The notes under the pieces: model-generated
Told to the model about the DNA's origin: nothing
Database searches by the model: none
What the model saw: the letters and a program-made list of their open reading frames with translations, nothing else
Assembly (NCBI GenBank): GCA_002269645.1
Contig: NIVC01000988.1
Coordinates: 248,001 to 312,000 of the forward strand
Direction of reading: 5' to 3'
Source of the DNA: Macrostomum lignano
Taxonomy: Eukaryota
Length of the DNA stretch: 64,000 bases
Shown: in pieces, positions 58,053 through 64,000 of the stretch
Layout: each line of letters starts with the position of its first letter
Numbering within the stretch: position 1 is the stretch's first letter
Made by a program: the position numbers and the translations under genes

Positions 58053-58929
58053 ATGAGCAGACACATCAAATTATTTAGCCTGCCTCTGCTACTGCTTCTT
58101 CTACCGGCGCTTCTAAATGTTGGTAAGTTGCGCTACTTTTAGCTTTAACTTATATCGACGCTATAATATCCTTGAATTTCGTCCTCCATTCCAGGCGTCA
58201 CATGTCTCTTAATCCGTCTAAGACGTTCATTTCAGACGTCACATGTCTCTTAATCCGTCTAAGACGTTCATTCCAGACGTCACATGTCTCTTAACCAGCC
58301 AAAAAACGTTTTTTCCAGACGTCACATGCATCTCACCAAAAACTTTCATTCCAGACGTCAAATGTCGCTAACCCGTCCGAGACGTTCATTCCAGACGTCA
58401 TATGTCTCTTAACCCATCCAAGACGTTCATTCCAGACGTCACATGTCGCCAACCCACCAAAAACGTTCATTCCAGACGCTATGTCTCTAGCCCGTCTAAA
58501 ACGTTCGAATAGCCGGACTTACGAGCCGCACGAAATTGATCCCAGCCTGACTAAGTTCAACGAGGACTGCCCGAACGGCTATATCGCCTACAAAAAGTTT
58601 AACACCAGTAAGGCTATAACCGCTTGGCATTTGCTTTTTCTACAAAAAATGGGACAATAAGATGACGCTTAGTTTATTTTCATATATTATCCATTTCAGC
58701 CACTGGAGTTTTCGACTGCGCTATCAGAACAGCGGAGATCTGCCTGGTTCTGTGTCGGCTAGTCGAGAGCGGCAACTGGGACATGACTAATCCCCTGTCC
58801 CCGCTTGACCCGCGAGAATTTGACGGCTGGTACTGCCGAGCGTTGCCCAGTTACCCGACCAGGCCTTGCTTCTATAAGTCCTACGACGAGACTAGACACG
58901 ACGTTCTGGAGATGCTCGGCTATGAGTAA
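58053..58929 (+). CDS. Small secreted 6-Cys protein (PAN-like spacing), 3 exons (58053-58122, 58476-58607, 58700-58929), 143 aa; absent from the ORF track
   Basis: MSRHIKLFSLPLLLLLLPALLNV|DAMSLARLKRSNSRTYEPHEIDPSLTKFNEDCPNGYIAYKKFNT|TTGVFDCAIRTAEICLVLCRLVESGNWDMTNPLSPLDPREFDGWYCRALPSYPTRPCFYKSYDETRHDVLEMLGYE*; both introns phase 1, gtaag donors. Confidence 0.78.
58190..58505. repeat. ~41-bp degenerate repeat in intron 1 running into exon 2
   Basis: CATGTCTC at 58201 and 58242; every unit has TTCATTCCAG|AC or a close variant. Confidence 0.85.
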
Positions 58930-59559
58930 ATCTGATTTGCACTGAGAGCAGCACAACTCATATGCTAGCAATGCAGCAGCTTGATGAACCAAATCTCAAT
59001 ACGAGTAATCACAATATACTAAATCTTAATATGCTAAACTTGCGACACGGCTCTTGTACCAACCACCGAATTTTGCAAAAGAAAACAACTATTTATTCTG
59101 AGAAACGCGACGGCTAAATAAAGTTAACCGAGCATTAGCTCTTTGATGAGACAGCTTTGAAGCAACAGTTCATTGCGGCAGATTAACATTTATAAATCAA
59201 TTTTTTGTTATACTGAACTGTGACGATTTTTCGCATTAAGACAAGGTTGCAAAATTGTCGGGTCGGTAAATATTTTTGCAATCATTTTGATTAATTTAAA
59301 GTATCAATCGATTTTCGATTAAAAGATGAGTGGCAACAATTGAAAGGCGTATGCGAAATCAGCCTTCTGTGATAGCGTGAATACTAGCAAAATATTGCAT
59401 AGCTAAAAATCAAAATGCATAGCTGGAATTGACTGCCACACTGCCTCCTCAGTAGTTACTATGGCGACAGAATTATTTTCACCTATCCCTGATGGTTGCA
59501 GTGCGTGGGAAATGGAAATTTACTCTCTCTAGTGTGTGTTGTAGGGGCGGAGAAATATC

Positions 59560-59995
59560 CATTGAGTGTTTTGGGGGCGGAAAACTCTCTCTTGTGTGTT
59601 TTGGGGCGGAAAACTCTCTCTAGTGTGTGTGTTTTGGGGCGGAAAACTCTCTCTTGTGTGTTTTGGGGGCGGAAAACTCTTTCTTGTATGTTTTGGGGGC
59701 GGAAAACTCTCTCTTGTGTGTTTTGGGGGCGGAAAACTCTCTCTTGTGTGTTTTGGGGGCGGAAAACTCTCTCTTGTGTGTTTTGGGGGCGGAAAACTCT
59801 CTCTTGTGTGTTTTGGGGGCGAAAAACTCTCTCCTGTGTGTTTTGGGGGCGGAAAACTCTCTATAGTGTGTGTGTTTTGGGGCGGAAAACTCTCTTGTGT
59901 GTGTGTGTGTGTTTGGGGGCTGCAAACCTTCTCTTGTGTGTTTTTGGGGGGCGGAAAACCCTCCCTTGTGTGTTTTTGGGGGGCGGAAAACCCTT
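59560..59995. repeat. 30-bp minisatellite (GTGTGTTTTGGGGGCGGAAAACTCTCTCTT)
   Basis: Direct observation. Confidence 0.92.
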
Positions 59996-60142
59996 CGTGT
60001 TTTTTTGAGGAGCGGAAAATTTCGTTTTGTGGGATTTTTTAGGCGGAATCCCCTCGCGAAGAACGCACGCAAAGATTCAGGCAAGAAATCCACGCCCGGT
60101 ATTTTTATCATGAGGCATGTGAAGGTGCCCTCTCGCAATTAG

Positions 60143-63100
60143 ATAAAGGGGATGTCAACTTAAGCACCAGAATGGAGCCCGAAGTTCAGCTCCGGACCAA
60201 ACCGACTGCAATCGATAACTTGTCGGCCCAGACGACTAGAATCGCCGAGACATCCCATCCGGCTCCCTTCCTTGGGGTCCCAGGGGATAAAGGGGATAAA
60301 ATGGGGATCTCATGTCAACTTAAGGCTCTGGAATGGAGCCCGAAGTTCAGCTCCGGACCAAACCGACTGCAATCGATAACTTGTCGGCCCAGACGACTAG
60401 AATCGCCGAGACATCCCATCCGGCTCCCTTCCTTGGGGTCCCAGGGGATAAAGGGGATAAAATGGGGATCTCATGTCAACTTAAGGCTCTGGAATGGAGC
60501 CCGAAGTTCAGCTCCGGACCAAACCGACTGCAATCGATAACTTGTCGGCCCAGACGACTAGAATCGCCGAGACATCCCATCCGGCTCCCTTCCTTGGGGT
60601 CCCAGGGGATAAAGGGGATAAAATGGGGATCTCATGTCAACTTAAGGCTCTGGAATGGAGCCCGAAGTTCAGCTCCGGCCCAAACCGACTGCAATCGATA
60701 ACTTGTCGGCCCAGACGACTAGAATCGCCGAGACATCCCATCCGGCTCCCTTCCTTGGGGTCCCAGGGGATAAAGGGGATAAAATGGGGATCTCATGTCA
60801 ACTTAAGGCTCTGGAATGGAGCCCGAAGTTCAGCTCCGGACCAAACCGACTGCAATCGATAACTTGTCGGCCCAGACGACTAGAATCGCCGAGACATCCC
60901 ATCCGGCTCCCTTCCTTGGGGTCCCAGGGGATAAAGGGGATAAAATGGGGATCTCATGTCAACTTAAGGCTCTGGAATGGAGCCCGAAGTTCAGCTCCGG
61001 ACCAAACCGACTGCAATCGATAACTTGTCGGCCCAGACGACTAGAATCGCCGAGACATCCCATCCGGCTCCCTTCCTTGGGGTCCCAGGGGATAAAGGGG
61101 ATAAAATGGGGATCTCATGTCAACTTAAGGCTCTGGAATGGAGCCCGAAGTTCAGCTCCGGACCAAACCGACTGCAATCGATAACTTGTCGGCCCAGACG
61201 ACTAGAATCGCCGAGACATCCCATCCGGCTCCTTTTCTTGGGGTCCCAGGGGATAAAGGGGATAAAATGGGGATCTCATGTCAACTTAAGGCTCTGGAAT
61301 GGAGCCCGAAGTTCAGCTCCGGACCAAACCGACTGCAATCGATAACTTGTCGGCCCAGACGACTAGAATCGCCGAGACATCCCATCCGGCTCCCTTCCTT
61401 GGGGTCCCAGGGGATAAAGGGGATAAAATGGGGATCTCATGTCAACTTAAGGCTCTGGAATGGAGCCCGAAGTTCAGCTCCGGACCAAACCGACTGCAAT
61501 CGATAACTTGTCGGCCCAGACGACTAGAATCGCCGAGACATCCCATCCGGCTCCCTTCCTTGGGGTCCCAGGGGATAAAGGGGATAAAATGGGGATCTCA
61601 TGTCAACTTAAGGCTCTGGAATGGAGCCCGAAGTTCAGCTCCGGACCAAACCGACTGCAATCGATAACTTGTCGGCCCAGACGACTAGAATCGCCGAGAC
61701 ATCCCATCCGGCTCCCTTCCTTGGGGTCCCAGGGGATAAAGGGGATAAAATGGGGATCTCATGTCAACTTAAGGCTCTGGAATGGAGCCCGAAGTTCAGC
61801 TCCGGACCAAACCGACTGCAATCGATAACTTGTCGGCCCAGACGACTAGAATCGCCGAGACATCCCATCCGGCTCCCTTCCTTGGGGTCCCAGGGGATAA
61901 AGGGGATAAAATGGGGATCTCATGTCAACTTAAGGCTCTGGAATGGAGCCCGAAGTTCAGCTCCGGCCCAAACCGACTGCAATCGATAACTTGTCGGCCC
62001 AGACGACTAGAATCGCCGAGACATCCCATCCGGCTCCCTTCCTTGGGGTCCCAGGGGATAAAGGGGATAAAATGGGGATCTCATGTCAACTTAAGGCTCT
62101 GGAATGGAGCCCGAAGTTCAGCTCCGGACCAAACCGACTGCAATCGATAACTTGTCGGCCCAGACGACTAGAATCGCCGAGACATCCCATCCGGCTCCCT
62201 TCCTTGGGGTCCCAGGGGATAAAGGGGATAAAATGGGGATCTCATGTCAACTTAAGGCTCTGGAATGGAGCCCGAAGTTCAGCTCCGGACCAAACCGACT
62301 GCAATCGATAACTTGTCGGCCCAGACGACTAGAATCGCCGAGACATCCCATCCGGCTCCCTTCCTTGGGGTCCCAGGGGATAAAGGGGATAAAATGGGGA
62401 TCTCATGTCAACTTAAGGCTCTGGAATGGAGCCCGAAGTTCAGCTCCGGACCAAACCGACTGCAATCGATAACTTGTCGGCCCAGACGACTAGAATCGCC
62501 GAGACATCCCATCCGGCTCCTTTTCTTGGGGTCCCAGGGGATAAAGGGGATAAAATGGGGATCTCATGTCAACTTAAGGCTCTGGAATGGAGCCCGAAGT
62601 TCAGCTCCGGACCAAACCGACTGCAATCGATAACTTGTCGGCCCAGACGACTAGAATCGCCGAGACATCCCATCCGGCTCCCTTCCTTGGGGTCCCAGGG
62701 GATAAAGGGGATAAAATGGGGATCTCATGTCAACTTAAGGCTCTGGAATGGAGCCCGAAGTTCAGCTCCGGACCAAACCGACTGCAATCGATAACTTGTC
62801 GGCCCAGACGACTAGAATCGCCGAGACATCCCATCCGGCTCCTTTTCTTGGGGTCCCAGGGGATAAAGGGGATAAAATGGGGATCTCATGTCAACTTAAG
62901 GCTCTGGAATGGAGCCCGAAGTTCAGCTCCGGACCAAACCGACTGCAATCGATAACTTGTCGGCCCAGACGACTAGAATCGCCGAGACATCCCATCCGGC
63001 TCCCTTCCTTGGGGTCCCAGGGGATAAAGGGGATAAAATGGGGATCTCATGTCAACTTAAGGCTCTGGAATGGAGCCCGAAGTTCAGCTCCGGACCAAAC

Positions 63101-63657
63101 CGACTGCAATCGATAACTTGTCGGCCCAGACGACTAGAATCGCCGAGACATCCCATCCGGCTCCCTTCCTTGGGGTCCCAGGGGATAAAGGGGATAAAAT
63201 GGGGATCTCATGTCAACTTAAGGCTCTGGAATGGAGCCCGAAGTTCAGCTCCGGACCAAACCGACTGCAATCGATAACTTGTCGGCCCAGACGACTAGAA
63301 TCGCCGAGACATCCCATCCGGCTCCCTTCCTTGGGGTCCCAGGGGATAAAGGGGATAAAATGGGGATCTCATGTCAACTTAAGGCTCTGGAATGGAGCCC
63401 GAAGTTCAGCTCCGGACCAAACCGACTGCAATCGATAACTTGTCGGCCCAGACGACTAGAATCGCCGAGACATCCCATCCGGCTCCCTTCCTTGGGGTCC
63501 CAGGGGATAAAGGGGATAAAATGGGGATCTCATGTCAACTTAAGGCTCTGGAATGGAGCCCGAAGTTCAGCTCCGGACCAAACCGACTGCAATCGATAAC
63601 TTGTCGGCCCAGACGACTAGAATCGCAGAGACATCCCATCCGGCTCCCTTCCTTGGG
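60143..63657. repeat. 161-bp satellite, about 22 near-identical copies
   Basis: ATGGAGCCC recurs every 161 bp from 60172 to 63553; only a few variant sites. Confidence 0.98.
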
Positions 63658-64000
63658 CTGACTGAAACTCCTCTCGCTGGCCTCTAAACTGTTGCTCAGT
63701 AGGCTTTCGCTGCTGTGGTAAAGCGTTTTCTCTAGCATAAAGTCTGGCAACAAGGCTGCGTGGAAGAGCGAAATCAACAAAGCGAAGGCCGGCACCAGAC
63801 CTTCGATAGCTACATATGTATCTTGGTGGTAAGCGTAGCAGCCCAGGAGTTTGAGCACTGCCATTACGCTCGTACATGACAATCGCAGCCTGCAGTCCTA
63901 CTTCCTGCTTTTGCTGACGAGTAGAAGCCAGGAAGAAGTTGCAATCCTGGATCTCTAAAACCAAAGCGATTGTCCGCTGCTGTCACACACTCTAAGAATC

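Noticed and set aside
57978-60077. Exact 16-mer AACGCACGCAAAGATT at 57978 and 60062
   Set aside because: One 16-bp match is roughly what chance predicts in a 64-kb self-comparison.
56338-63657. CRISPR-like arrays (93-bp and 161-bp repeats)
   Set aside because: Units are contiguous and identical with no unique spacers, there are no cas genes, and the context is eukaryotic.
60172-63661. Repeated 122-aa ORF MEPEVQLRTK...
   Set aside because: It arises from reading across 161-bp monomers (overlapping, frame-rotating copies) and has no recognisable domain.
63658-64000. Plus-strand frame interrupted only by TAA/TAG (alternative genetic code?) and minus-strand ORFs with RT-like words (MYER, FVDF)
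   Set aside because: Genes in this window use TAA as a normal stop; the RT-like words are in the wrong order; the segment is too short to call.

Overview
Eukaryotic (animal) genomic DNA, not prokaryotic: it has spliceosomal GT-AG introns, GC-rich exons in AT-rich flanks, and roughly a third of the window is micro-, mini- or satellite repeat. The overall style suggests a free-living flatworm such as Macrostomum (inference only). Genes assembled by hand from splice sites and reading phase are: two exons of a class A GPCR (-); a same-strand trio RBX2/RNF7 -> C2H2 zinc-finger protein -> low-complexity ORF (-), each with a splice acceptor just before its ATG (candidate SL-trans-spliced operon); a complete 5-exon ELOVL elongase (+); a secreted PAN + ALK/LTK-type glycine-rich protein (-) with an internally deleted paralog; a C-type-lectin membrane protein (-); a secreted, very Arg/Lys-rich coiled-coil protein (-); and a 143-aa secreted Cys protein (+) absent from the ORF track. 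Mobile DNA includes an RT-RNase H non-LTR element sitting inside a 15-bp minisatellite, a decayed RTE-like LINE, three tRNA-derived SINEs, several 8-bp-TSD MITEs, a Merlin deletion derivative and Helitron-like ends. The window ends in a homogeneous 161-bp satellite with a G-quadruplex motif in each unit and an 8-monomer higher-order period. Most long introns carry their own tandem repeat, and two of these repeats are built from the splice junction itself. Most long ORFs in the supplied track are repeat artefacts.
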